Shown: positions 1-16,787 of the stretch, piece after piece
Layout of the letters: the number at the start of each line of letters is the position of its first letter
Numbering within the stretch: the first letter of the stretch is position 1
NCBI RefSeq assembly: GCF_964204645.1
Contig: NC_134034.1
Location: 8,382,962 to 8,446,961, forward strand
Source of the DNA: Tubulanus polymorphus
Lineage: Eukaryota > Animalia > Nemertea
Length of the DNA: 64,000 nt
Direction of reading: 5' to 3'
Notes under the pieces: generated by a model
Seen by the model: the letters and a program-made list of their open reading frames with translations, nothing else
The model's database searches: none
Told to the model about the DNA's origin: nothing
Translations under genes and position numbers: made by a program

Positions 1-165
1 CTTCGCGGAGATTCCCGTGTCGGGGTGAACTTGCTTCAACACCTTGTAAATGTAGATGCTGTAGCTTTCCTTTCTTCTCTTCCTCCTTTTCTTGTCACCG
101 GTGTGAGCGGCTTTAGCCTTGGTGGCTGCCTTCTTGGCACCTTTGCTTGAAACTTTCGGCGGCAT
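1..165 (-). CDS. H2B: Histone H2B, 5' part (runs off window); promoter interrupted by a LINE
   Basis: Identical to 18591-18755; ATG at 165-163. Confidence 0.95.
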   Translation of the reverse strand, partial: MPPKVSSKGAKKAATKAKAAHTGDKKRRKRRKESYSIYIYKVLKQVHPDTGISAK

Positions 166-204
166 GACGACTGTGCGTTAGCGAATGCGAAATAACACCG
201 GCGC

Positions 205-2626
205 AGCAGCAGCAGCAGCAGCAGATAGAAAAAGACAAACGCGCGGAGCGCGTTTTTAATGCTCGAGAGTGGTGGCCACTCTCCTACATTCAGGACGCGT
301 AGGTGCATGATTATTTGCTTGATATGATGATAGGTATATGAGTTGAACTATTATGAGATGAACTAAGGGGGATGTGGGTGGTGTGATAATTGTGTGAGTG
401 TGAAGGTACTGGTGGAAGGATTCAAACAAAGGTACATACAGAACGGACAGTTTTTATTATTTAGGCGTTTTTGTTTGGTTCGGTCCTTATCAGGAGTTTG
501 TTAGTGATTAATTATAATATTTTTTTTTTTTTTTTTTTTTTTTTCTATAAATAGTGATTAATATAATACGTATATATCACAAGAGTCTATGATATAATAT
601 ATGGTAGATATATATGTATATAATATGATACACAAAAATAGTGATTTTCCTCCGTTAAGGGGAGTCGCGATATAGTTAGAATACTTTGTCAATTACTATA
701 TACAAAACTTATAATTTCTTAGATATGATAATAAAGTATATAGTTATACTGCATATAGTTCGGTTCACGTGACGTGTTGTGTAAGGAGTAGCGACCTAGA
801 TACGGGCTACCTATATAGTTCTTGTAACACAAAGAAATCTTCCATTCAATTCTCCGACTACGCGGGTGTCGGTTCGTAGTAGAGTACACGCTATAGAGTT
901 ATAGAATTGACTTAAACGCTTCCACGATGTCTGAAGACGGCCATGGACTCGAAATATCGTAAAAGACACTCCTTAGTATCGGGTTATTTCGGTTGGAATT
1001 TAGGTAATTTTTCGTTAAGAGTTTAAAGCGCTGTTCCACAGTTTCTATTCGAGCTTGTTTATGTAGGTCTGCCGTTCTTGTATGGCGCGGTTGGCCTAGA
1101 ATGATTCGTAAGCATTTATTTTGGTGTATTTGAAGGCGGTCTAACTGACTACATGGGCAAGTTACCAGTATCGGAGCTCCGTATTCATAGATTGATCGAA
1201 TGAGTAATTTAAAAGCAGTGAGTATGTATTCCATTTTTACGCGGTTTCGTTTCAAAATAGCTAGTATTCCAGTTCTTTTATTTGCCTTAATTAATCTCTC
1301 TGTTATTTCCAGATTCCAGCGTAAATTAGACGAAAAAGTAATTCCGAGGAATTTGGTAGAATTTGATAGTGGTATTTGTTGGCCGTGAACAGTGTGCTCA
1401 GTGTATGGGTCGGTATTTATTAGGCGACTAAAGTGTATACTAACACATTTAAGCGCGTTTACTTTTAGCCTCCACATGTCACTCCATTGAGTTAGTTTGT
1501 CTATCGATTTTTGATGGAGATTTTCGATTGTTTTAGTTTTTACATTGTGCGTGTTCCATAGACTCATATCGTCTGCGAACAATGACGATTGACTATAATG
1601 ACTAGCTTTAATTGTATCCGAGGGAAAATCGTTTATATAGATGATGAAAAGTGTCGGCGAGAAAATCCCTCCTTGAGGGACTCCAGCGTTTATTTGCCTT
1701 GGCTGGCTAATACACCCTTCATTAGCGACTTTAAAAGTTCGACCCTGTAGATAGTTTTTAAGTAAGAGCTTAAAGTTGGTTGGAATAGATAAATGATTAA
1801 TTTTGTAGATAATTCCGTCGTGCCAAAGTTTATCGAACGCTTTCTCTAGGTCGAAAAATGTAGCACGCGTGCATTTCCGACGTTTTAGGCCTTTAGCGAT
1901 ATCATGAGACATTTTTAATATTTGATCTATGGTCGAATGTCCTTTTCGAAAACCAGCTTGTATTTCGGTAAAGAAGTTGGTATTTTCTAAGTAATCTGTT
2001 AATTTATTGTTCATGATTTTTTCGAAAATTTTGCCGATCGAGTTGGTTAAACTGATAGGACGCAAATTTTTGCAAAGTGTAGCATCTTTGCCGGCTTTTG
2101 GAATCATAGTAATTTTCGCAGACTTCCAGAATGATATATAGTAGCCATTTCTTTGGCAGTAGTTAAAAATGTGACATAGGTGGGTTAAAAATATCGAAGG
2201 ACAATTTTTAATAATCGCGTTCGTGATTCTATTTTCTCCGGGTGCTTTATTAAGTTTCAACCGTTTGATATAGCGTTTTATGTCTAGTTCAGTAATTGTT
2301 TCGTTTAGTATATGACCCGTGTCTTCTTCAGTATTTTCGTATACGAAGTTTCTATTGGATTCTTCTACGAAACGTTTATGTTGATCGCTGAAGTTTGGAT
2401 CAGTAGGCGTTTGAAAAACGTCGAATAAAAAGTCGGCGTATAGTTCGACGATATCTTTATCGTTACTCGCGGTTCGATCGTTATAAGCTAAATTCGAAAT
2501 AATGTTTTTTTTATCAACGTTACCGTTAATGTTTTTAATACCTCGCCAGAATTTACTCGAGTTCGGATTCGATGTATTTATGTCATCTAGTAGTTTTTTA
2601 GTCTTGTTATTTTTGTGGTCACGCAT
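205..2626 (-). mobile_element. 5'-truncated I/Jockey-group non-LTR retrotransposon (copy 1) inserted in the H2B core promoter
   Basis: The empty site ccggcgc-gca-acgcgccaacc (18788-18808) is split: left part ends at 204, right part resumes at 2627. Contains an RT ORF, a 3' UTR with internal poly(A) (T-run 520-544) and a (CTG)n tail at 205-224. No TSD; ~3 bp of target deleted. Confidence 0.95.
899..2626 (-). CDS. LINE ORF2, reverse-transcriptase portion (endonuclease lost to 5' truncation); frame uninterrupted
   Basis: Motifs KAPG, RPISL, QAGFR, DLEKAFD, GVPQG, LFADD, KFLGI; C-terminal QNKCLRIILG; no RNase H visible. Confidence 0.93.
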   Translation of the reverse strand: MRDHKNNKTKKLLDDINTSNPNSSKFWRGIKNINGNVDKKNIISNLAYNDRTASNDKDIVELYADFLFDVFQTPTDPNFSDQHKRFVEESNRNFVYENTEEDTGHILNETITELDIKRYIKRLKLNKAPGENRITNAIIKNCPSIFLTHLCHIFNYCQRNGYYISFWKSAKITMIPKAGKDATLCKNLRPISLTNSIGKIFEKIMNNKLTDYLENTNFFTEIQAGFRKGHSTIDQILKMSHDIAKGLKRRKCTRATFFDLEKAFDKLWHDGIIYKINHLSIPTNFKLLLKNYLQGRTFKVANEGCISQPRQINAGVPQGGIFSPTLFIIYINDFPSDTIKASHYSQSSLFADDMSLWNTHNVKTKTIENLHQKSIDKLTQWSDMWRLKVNALKCVSIHFSRLINTDPYTEHTVHGQQIPLSNSTKFLGITFSSNLRWNLEITERLIKANKRTGILAILKRNRVKMEYILTAFKLLIRSIYEYGAPILVTCPCSQLDRLQIHQNKCLRIILGQPRHTRTADLHKQARIETVEQRFKLLTKNYLNSNRNNPILRSVFYDISSPWPSSDIVEAFKSIL

Positions 2627-2815
2627 ACGCGCCAACCGTATTTATGTGAGCGCGCCGGCTCCCGTCGAGCGACCAATCAGCGCATCTGTTGATCGCCTGG
2701 CACTCGGCGCCGAGTATAAGTTCGTTCAGGCGCGCCGCGTACGCGAACGTTCACACGCACTGTTTCATTCGTTGTCAACGTCGTCGTATCGTCAAATTTG
2801 ATATCACCGATCAAC

Positions 2816-3190
2816 ATGTCTGGCCGAGGTAAAGGAGGAAAAGCGAAAGGCAAGGCCAAGAGCCGCTCGTCCCGCGCAGGGTTGCAGTTCCCGGTCGGAA
2901 GGATCCATCGTCTTCTCCGCAAAGGAAACTACGCCGAACGTATCGGAGCCGGAGCGCCGGTGTACCTAGCCGCCGTCATGGAATACTTGGCCGCCGAAGT
3001 GTTGGAGTTGGCCGGCAACGCCGCCCGCGACAACAAGAAGTCGAGAATCATCCCGCGACATCTGCAGTTGGCCATCCGCAACGACGAAGAGTTGAACAAG
3101 CTGCTTTCCGGTGTCACCATCGCCCAAGGCGGTGTACTGCCCAACATCCAGGCCGTGCTTCTGCCGAAAAAGTCCGCCAAGTCCAAGTAG
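2816..3190 (+). CDS. H2A: Histone H2A
   Basis: MSGRGKGGK...[14 protein letters not shown]...LLPKK; true ATG at 2816. Confidence 0.99.
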   Translation: MSGRGKGGKAKGKAKSRSSRAGLQFPVGRIHRLLRKGNYAERIGAGAPVYLAAVMEYLAAEVLELAGNAARDNKKSRIIPRHLQLAIRNDEELNKLLSGVTIAQGGVLPNIQAVLLPKKSAKSK

Positions 3191-3228
3191 ATCGCGTCCG
3201 TGTCCCGCGCGTCGCGCATCCAAGCAAC

Positions 3229-3300
3229 GGTCCTTATCAGGACCACTTCAACTTCCCAGAAAGGGCCAGTACTGACCTCGCCTGCCTCGCTTATTGCTTC
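3229..3300 (+). terminator. H2A 3' processing signal: stem-loop, purine-rich HDE and downstream motif (also at 19400-19471, 29665-29736, 39921-39992)
   Basis: GGTCCT-TATC-AGGACC, then CCCAGAAAGGGCC, then GCCTCGCTTATTGCTTC. Confidence 0.92.
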
Positions 3301-3616
3301 GGTGATCACGATGATATAATTTCGTTGTTGTTGTTGTTTGTTGTTGTTGTCGTTGTTGTTTTATCATCAGCGTGTACGGGGGGTATATACGTTATCAAGG
3401 CGTTGGCCCGCGTACGATCCCAGTTCCAATTCTCATCGGCTTTCGCGGCGTCCACAATGAAAAACTGTGTGTGTTATGTACATTACATTTATTAGTAGGG
3501 CGACATTCGTCAGGCGTGTTTACATATGTACCCGGTATTTATTTCTCTTCTATTCCCCCGACACCGACGACGGCAACAGCAAAAAGAAACGTGCAAAACA
3601 AGACAAACAAGCAATG

Positions 3617-4421
3617 CAGGGTTCAATACATGCAGCCCCTCAAATCCCCGAAGAACCCCTCAAATTCCAAAATTCGTTTGTTAGGGATGGAACAAACTCC
3701 CTCAAATTCATCTTAGTTTTAGTCGTCGCTCAAATTCAGAAAACCGCTGCATTGGCATTTTATACTGCATTGTCTTGGTAGCCTGGCTGGGTTAGTTAGA
3801 ATCAATGGTAATAAGTGGGGGCTATAGGCCTCGTTATCATCCCCGTAAAGTGTCCAAACTAACTTTCTCAATTATTTTGGAAGGTTTATTCGATTGCGAA
3901 GAGTCATTTTGACACATTTATCCAGGAGTTCAGAAAAACGGGGCCCTACGTACTTGAGCTGAATGTCGATATGGCGAGAGTTATTCTTACAAAATGCCGA
4001 AATCGGCAATTTTTCAAGTTGGTTGCTTAAAGAAGGACTCAAATTTAAAAACAAACATTCGGTATTCGTCAAAATGTTCCGTTTGCGACGGAATGTTTTC
4101 CGGCAGCTTTTCGTCGAAACAATGCTCTTCAGTCGGGATTGGGCCCCGGCTATCCTAGACGAGTTCTTTCACCCAAAATCAAGTTGAACGGTTTAGGCCC
4201 TAATTAGTATATGGCATATAGTCGAATGTTGATAAGGTTATTCGATTCATTGGCGCCTAAATGCATTTCGCTAATTCTGATAAGTATTGTACTGGTACTG
4301 TGTGTTTTATGTATCGGTTAGGTTTTCGTCGCGAAATATGACCCTCAATTTGGCGGTCACACCCTGAAAAACCGCTCAAATGCCCGTCACATTTCATAGC
4401 GTTTGTCCTGTAGGAACCCCG
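3617..4421. mobile_element. Possible degenerate hAT-like non-autonomous element in the H2A-H4 spacer (in every unit)
   Basis: Ends CAGGGTTCAATAC and GTAGGAACCCCG; repeated (C)CCTCAAAT motifs near both ends. Confidence 0.35.
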
Positions 4422-4452
4422 TGCAATAACACCTTTCGCGTAGGACTATTTC

Positions 4453-5291
4453 CTTTCATAAAACACGATCATGCATCTTTTTGCGGCCCTGCAACGAAAG
4501 TCGTATAATATGCCTGCTTTCGAAATTACGTATATCGACATCGTTTTTAGCACGATTGCCTCCACCCACATCGTACAGCTATTCAAGACGTGTACGACAT
4601 CATCATCGGCAGTACCGTCCTATATACTAGAAAGTAGTTACGCGCATATTTATACATAATTTCTATTGTAGATGTAAATGCGGGATTAAATCAGAACTAA
4701 ATTTAAAGCTGAGGTATTCAACGAGACTCCAGTAGACAGGAAACCGGCAAGGCAGCCATTTTTCTTTTCTATCAAAATGATTTAACCTGGTAGAAGTCAT
4801 CTGCATCTATATTCTACTGTAACTCTTTCGGCAACCACATACAATGTCCTTGGACGATTTGTGGATAATTTGTCATGTTATTTTGTATGATTATGTATAC
4901 AGAATGTCAGATCTATATATGGTTAAAAAAAAACAAACAACATCATCGGCACCAGTAGATTGTGTCAATCGCCGAGCGAGATCTCCAGGGCTAGTTTATT
5001 TAGTACACCGATTTAGTCCCTTTTTTCGTTGTGTGAATGATGGCGGGTTCGCATCGCACGCGCGCGGCACCGGTATATTGCGCGATTCCCGGCGTAACCG
5101 CGCCATCGTGGGACGCACCGACAATACGTGCATGCAGTGCGGATAGCTATTTATTCATTTATTTACTACAGGATAGCAAATAGCTCGAAACTTCTATCAA
5201 AAACTTTCTTTCATAAAACACGATCATGCATCGTTTTGCGGCCCTGCAACGAAAGTCGTATATATGCCTTTCGAACTTACGTATCGACATC
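4453..5291 (+). repeat. ~85-90 bp imperfect direct repeat (4453-4542 and 5208-5291), followed by a short CCCTAA-like tract
   Basis: ctttcataaaacacgatcatgcatc...gcggccctgcaacgaaagtcgtata...atcgacatc occurs twice per unit. Confidence 0.85.
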
Positions 5292-5566
5292 CTAACCCTA
5301 ACCCCAACCCTAACAGCGAGTTAATGTAAATCCATGCAATGATCTTAAAAAAAAATCACACACATTATACAATCAGCTATTATCTTAGAACATCCCAATG
5401 CTGTGAATGTCTACGCTTAGATTGATATCAGTTAATTGCAGACATGTTACGTGTGTGGTGGCGATTCGATGGTATTTTGAATAGAGAGTGCGGTTTTAAG
5501 GACGAGGACATCATTAATTTTGAGGACATCGAGATTTTTGGAGTATAGTGCGTCGGTGTGTGAGCA

Positions 5567-6283
5567 GGTTAGCGGTAATAATCCCCTAGGTCAAAAAAGC
5601 CCATCGGTAAAAATCCCCAATACTTCCAAAAGTAGGTACAAATCCCCCTCTTTTTGAATGGAGTGTAACGTCAATTAATTTCATATTAATATATCATATA
5701 TCGCCGTTGAACTCAATAAGGATATATCATGACCAAACAAACTATATAGTATACACTATTTGCGCATTATAACATACTAAAAATTAACAGTAGTTCATTA
5801 GTACTAAATTCGCACTTAAAGTTAACGCGCGCAGCTTAATGAAAGGGTTCATTGCACATTTCAAATATATCACACTAGCATGAATCTTATGACATTTCAT
5901 TTTGAAAGTTCATTACTTCTGATCATTCATTCATGGCATCGCACAGCTGAAATATACCACGAGTTATCAAGCGTCCACAGTTCAAAACTAATCCAGTTCG
6001 AATTGTAAGATATATTGCATTTAAAAAGTTCATCATTGTCATTAGTTATTACAAGTTGTTTCCTTCTAAACAGTTTACTAAATAAGAATTTATCGACGGC
6101 TGTGCAAACATAATTCAGTCTCAATTGCGAATGAATACGCTGCAAAAGCACCATCTTGCTTTGAAATGTTCCTGAAAATCACCAAGTCGGCGTTTTACCT
6201 ACTTTTGAATATTCGGGGATTTTTACCTATAGGGTATTTTTTTCCTGGTTTTTGTTTTGTTTTGTTTTGTTTTACCTACAACC
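5567..6283. mobile_element. MITE-like element with long imperfect TIRs (in every unit)
   Basis: Left ggtaaaaatccccaatacttccaaaagtaggt is the inverted match of right acctacttttgaatattcggggatttttacc; termini GGTT...AACC. Confidence 0.6.
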
Positions 6284-6311
6284 GGGTGAGGGCAGTGTGT
6301 GATTACAGTTG

Positions 6312-6890
6312 GTCGAATATGCAATTTTTGTCGGAAATGAGCTGAACATAGTACCATAAAAATCGAAATTTTTTGAAGTTTTATGTCTGAAAGTCTGGTA
6401 TTGATTGGACTGCTAATTACTTAAATACTCTCTGTAATTGATTACTTAATATGGGTTTTCTTCCTTTTTTATTTTTGGCAAACCGTCGAATATCCATAAA
6501 TATCCATATATGGGCATGTATATCCGTCGAATATGGAGAATGAATTGAATTATTACACAGCGAACCGTCGAATATGCGTCGAATATGGAACATTATTTAT
6601 ATGATTATTTTTGGTGAACCGTCGAATATGCGTTGAATATGGTCACTCCATCTGAAATGGTTTTTCCGGACCCCGTCGAATACGGTGACCCCTTTTTTCA
6701 GTTCAAAAATGTTGGTAACTATCAGTGATTTTCGGTATTAGCTTGTTTGATACGCTAATACAGTATCTAAATCAACTTATTGTGACTTAATATCCGAGAT
6801 AAATGAATCTGATATCGGAAACGAGAGTGACAAAAAAGTTCAAAATTTCAAATTGATTTTTCTCAGTTTCGATAAAAGTGCATATTCGAC
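6312..6890. mobile_element. MITE-like element with ~30 bp TIRs and internal CGTCGAATA repeats (in every unit)
   Basis: gtcgaatatgcaatttttgtcggaaatgag versus inverted ctcagtttcgataaaagtgcatattcgac; about 6 internal cgtcgaata copies at 6483-6682. Confidence 0.55.
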
Positions 6891-6919
6891 GGTTCGCCAG
6901 AAACCCAGCGAATTTCTCA

Positions 6920-7152
6920 AAGCACTACGGCATAGGAACGACACCGACAGGGATACGGTGGCCGAGTCGCGCGAAGCACTGCCGACATAGGCGACCTATG
7001 CAGCTTGTGCTTTGAATGACATAGAGAGCGTAGTGTCGGAGCGGCGGACCCTATGCAGCCTGTGCTTCGAACGGCATAGTACGCGTAATGCTTCGGCGAT
7101 GTACGAGTGCATAGGAGGGCTATGCACGACACTACATACGGCGTCGTATAAA
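6920..7152 (+). promoter_or_regulatory. H4 promoter: four AAGCAC-N5/6-CATAGG motifs and a TATAAA box
   Basis: Motifs at 6920 and 6974 (forward), 6995 and 7050 (reverse); TATAAA near 7147. Confidence 0.65.
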
Positions 7153-7284
7153 GCGCATCGGCGCTCGGGTCGGGCTATCATTCGTACATTCGACTCGTCG
7201 TTGTGACACGGAGCGCGGTTTCTATCAACTCTACTCAATAATCATCGATTAATCATGTCTGGCCGAGGCAAGGGCGGTAAAGGA

Positions 7285-13479
<6,195 letters not shown>

Positions 13480-13539
13480 TAAGCAGCTCAGCCCAGCGCG
13501 CAGCGGTCGCGGCCGCGGCGCCTGAGAAAACAACAACAC

Positions 13540-13617
13540 GGTCCTTATCAGGACCACTTCAACTTCCCAGAAAGAGCCAGTGGTAGTGCGCTGACCCGGT
13601 GCCTCGCTTTTTGCTTC
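13540..13617 (+). terminator. H4 3' processing signal (also at 23795-23872, 34060-34137, 44316-44393)
   Basis: GGTCCT-TATC-AGGACC, CCCAGAAAGAGCC, GCCTCGCTTTTTGCTTC. Confidence 0.92.
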
Positions 13618-14197
13618 ACACCCTCGCCCATATGTTATTAACGTAACGTGCCCTTGTTGTCGGTGTATGTCGGACACGATGGCTAAACGGTCCGAATTAA
13701 TTTCGAGGGATTAATCACGCGTACATCATACGTACGTACATACACATACACATACACACACACATAGGTACACGGATAATAGTAATTTTAATGTTGATTG
13801 ATAAATACGTAATTGCGTTTGTTTTCGGTGTTTTGTTGAAGTTTTTTTTCGGCCCCCGCTTTTCGCGGGTGCGATCGATTGATCGTTAATGACTTTGATT
13901 TTGGGTCGGGCGATGAAAAAAAGCCAGTGCAGAAGGAATTGTAGTACGCATGTATGGTTTCGCAAACACGAGTACTTCTGAATATATAGGACATCATTCG
14001 GGGTATTTTACATATCGAAGCACTTTACTTTCTATAGGCGATTGAAATTAAAAATCGAATCAGTTATTTAGGGCCTATGCGAGGGGAAAACACACGCCGG
14101 GCGATTAGATTCGAGCTGGACAATTGAAAGTTGGCGCGCATAAATGAATATAGGCCTACAGTACGTACACACGGTACCTCAACTCGGTCTTAATACG

Positions 14198-15102
14198 TGC
14201 CGCCGCCGCCGCCGCCGCCGCCGGTAGAAGGAACCATCGTTTTTATATCCGTTCTTTTTTTGTAACGCGTCTGGCGCTGTATTGATTGTCACCATCGAAA
14301 AACGACTAAGCTTCGTCGTCAACCGACCGATTTGGGTCGTCGTCCGAGATAAAATAAGAAAGAATCCGATCCATTGCACGAAGTATGTATCGTAGACCTA
14401 TGGACCTATAGCTAACGATAGTGCAGTGGTCTCTTTAGTTTCTCTTGTAATGTAATCGCGCGCGACGGCGAGCCGAGTCTCATTTCGTCGTAAATGGCGA
14501 TGGCATTATTTTATGTAATTCTATGTAAACGGCCTTATTTCTATGTAGCTAGCTGCCTGCCTGCCGCGGCTTATTGCGGCTCGGGGGTGGGTGTGGTTAC
14601 TGCGAGGCCGGCCGGTCGCACGAACGACTCGGATCTGCTGCGTGCAGTACGCTTTGATCGTGATTTTTCGAGATCAGCTTTGAAGCTAATAGAACTTCAT
14701 CGTCTCCGTGTATGTATATATATATATATATATATATGTATACGGGATTTTTCCGATTACATGCTTTCCATTAATTCGATCGCTCGCGCCGCCGCGTGTC
14801 TGCTCTGGGGAGTGTGGAATGACCTATCTTTTCTCGGAGAGAAAAATATACGTCAAACCATGGCCACAGCTAGCTAAATGATCGATAAGGCCTAAATACC
14901 TAACGCACTTTTTTCAACGGCGATGATGGCATTGATTTATAAAACACCGGCCAGCTTCAAAAATGTAATTGACAATAGAGATAAACTAGAGTGGCCAATG
15001 ACAACGTAATGATGAAACCATATTCCGCAACGTTGTTGCCGGCGGCCCCCGCCGTTTTGTTAAGTTACTTCATGCGAATTGTTCGGCGCGCCGATGACGA
15101 TT

Positions 15103-15145
<43 letters not shown>

Positions 15146-15150
15146 TGATG
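14198..15150. repeat. Length-variable microsatellites (GCC)n, (TA)n and (GAC)n in the H4-H3 spacer
   Basis: (GCC)n near 14198, (TA)n near 14715, (GAC)n near 15108. Copy number differs between units and accounts for the small length differences among the first three H4-H3 spacers. Confidence 0.9.
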
Positions 15151-16122
15151 TATATAGGTTCATCCGTATTTTACGCCGCCGTTTTTAAACACCATACATA
15201 TTCATTCGTGTGCATGGTTGGGATGCGCGCGTTTAATCGCATTTCATCGATCCTGTCTGCATCGCGCGCGGCGGATAGATTTTTGTTCGTTTGTCAACAA
15301 CTCTGATTACAAACGTTCATACCGTGTCAACAAGAGTTTTCAGTTAGGCCTACAACAACGTACGCGTACGTGTGCAAATTTCGTTTCTCGCATTTATTAA
15401 TGAGCAGTAATTGACTATACGACACGACGCCGCAGTTGTACGTCGATTAGTCGCGCGTCGAATATTATGAGAAAAAAACAATTCGAAGTTTTGAACATTT
15501 TTGTCGCCCCTCTCTTTTTTAATTCATTTGTTTATTTCCTGAATATATGATATATAAACTGATGCAAAATAACAGCAGGGTAACACGCATTTTCCGACAC
15601 ATATCAGGTAGGTCCATTTAGCGTGGAAGTTAAGCAACGGTGGCCTGCCTGTCTGACTTGGGTACCTTATTAGGTTTTTGCCTTCAACGCTATCCGATAT
15701 TGACACTGCTACAATACATGCGATTTTACTGATTGCTTTCGAATTAATAAACCTATATTCATTTATTTATTTATTCGCTTATTTACTTATTTATCCGTTG
15801 AGAAATAATTCCTCATAATTTAGGCCCTAATTCGCTTACGTAATTGCGACTGCGCGGGTTCAAATTGGCCGTTGATTAATTCAGTTTAGCGCGAAGATAT
15901 GTGATCATATCATCGTTTCTATGACAGACATCGGTGTGTAATAATAGGGATGGGAGATGATAGCCTATGGCATGGCATGTGAGCAAAAAACGATCACGGA
16001 TATCGGCGTACATCGCTGTGGTGAGGGAAGGTAGTGTATTTATTTACATCGAACGAAACGCGTCGATCGCGGCCGCCGGCTGCTCCCGGCGCTTCACTTC
16101 CTTTATTCAAATAGCCGGCCGA

Positions 16123-16187
16123 CCAATCGGCGCCCGACTATGCGAGCCAATCGCGTTCGCGCAGCGCGCCGACCGAGCGTCGATAAA
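16123..16187 (+). promoter_or_regulatory. H3 promoter: two CCAAT boxes and a GATAAA TATA variant
   Basis: CCAAT at 16123 and 16147; GATAAA at 16182, 75 bp before the ATG. Confidence 0.6.
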
Positions 16188-16244
16188 CCGGCCGGCGACA
16201 CTATAGTCGTACTATTGTAACGTTACATCGTTCGCTCTAGTTGA

Positions 16245-16667
<423 letters not shown>

Positions 16668-16713
16668 GTCGGACGACTATACGCGTCGTCGCATAATTGT
16701 AGACAACACTTAC

Positions 16714-16787
16714 GGTCCTTCTCAGGACCACTTAAAACTCCCAGAAAGAGCCGGTGTGTTTTGCCTGCCTCGCCTCGCTTTTGCTTC
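16714..16787 (+). terminator. H3 3' processing signal (also at 26979-27052, 37235-37308, 47480-47553)
   Basis: GGTCCT-TCTC-AGGACC, CCCAGAAAGAGCC, GCCTCGCTTTTGCTTC. Confidence 0.92.

Noticed and set aside
2600-2650. H2B TATA box driving the copy-1 RT from the ATG at the truncation point (2626)
   Set aside because: The ATG is only ~13 bp from the TATA-like box, so it lies upstream of the expected start site. The endonuclease is also missing.
2798-2815. N-terminally extended H2A (MISPIN-)
   Set aside because: Artefact of a TTG start in the ORF track; the real ATG is at 2816.
5291-5314. Telomere-like CCCTAA tract
   Set aside because: Only about four imperfect units, internal and present in every repeat; not a telomere or healing site.
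6483-6682. CRISPR-like repeat-spacer pattern (CGTCGAATA repeats)
   Set aside because: Repeats are short and irregularly spaced in eukaryotic context with no cas genes; they fit transposon subterminal repeats better.
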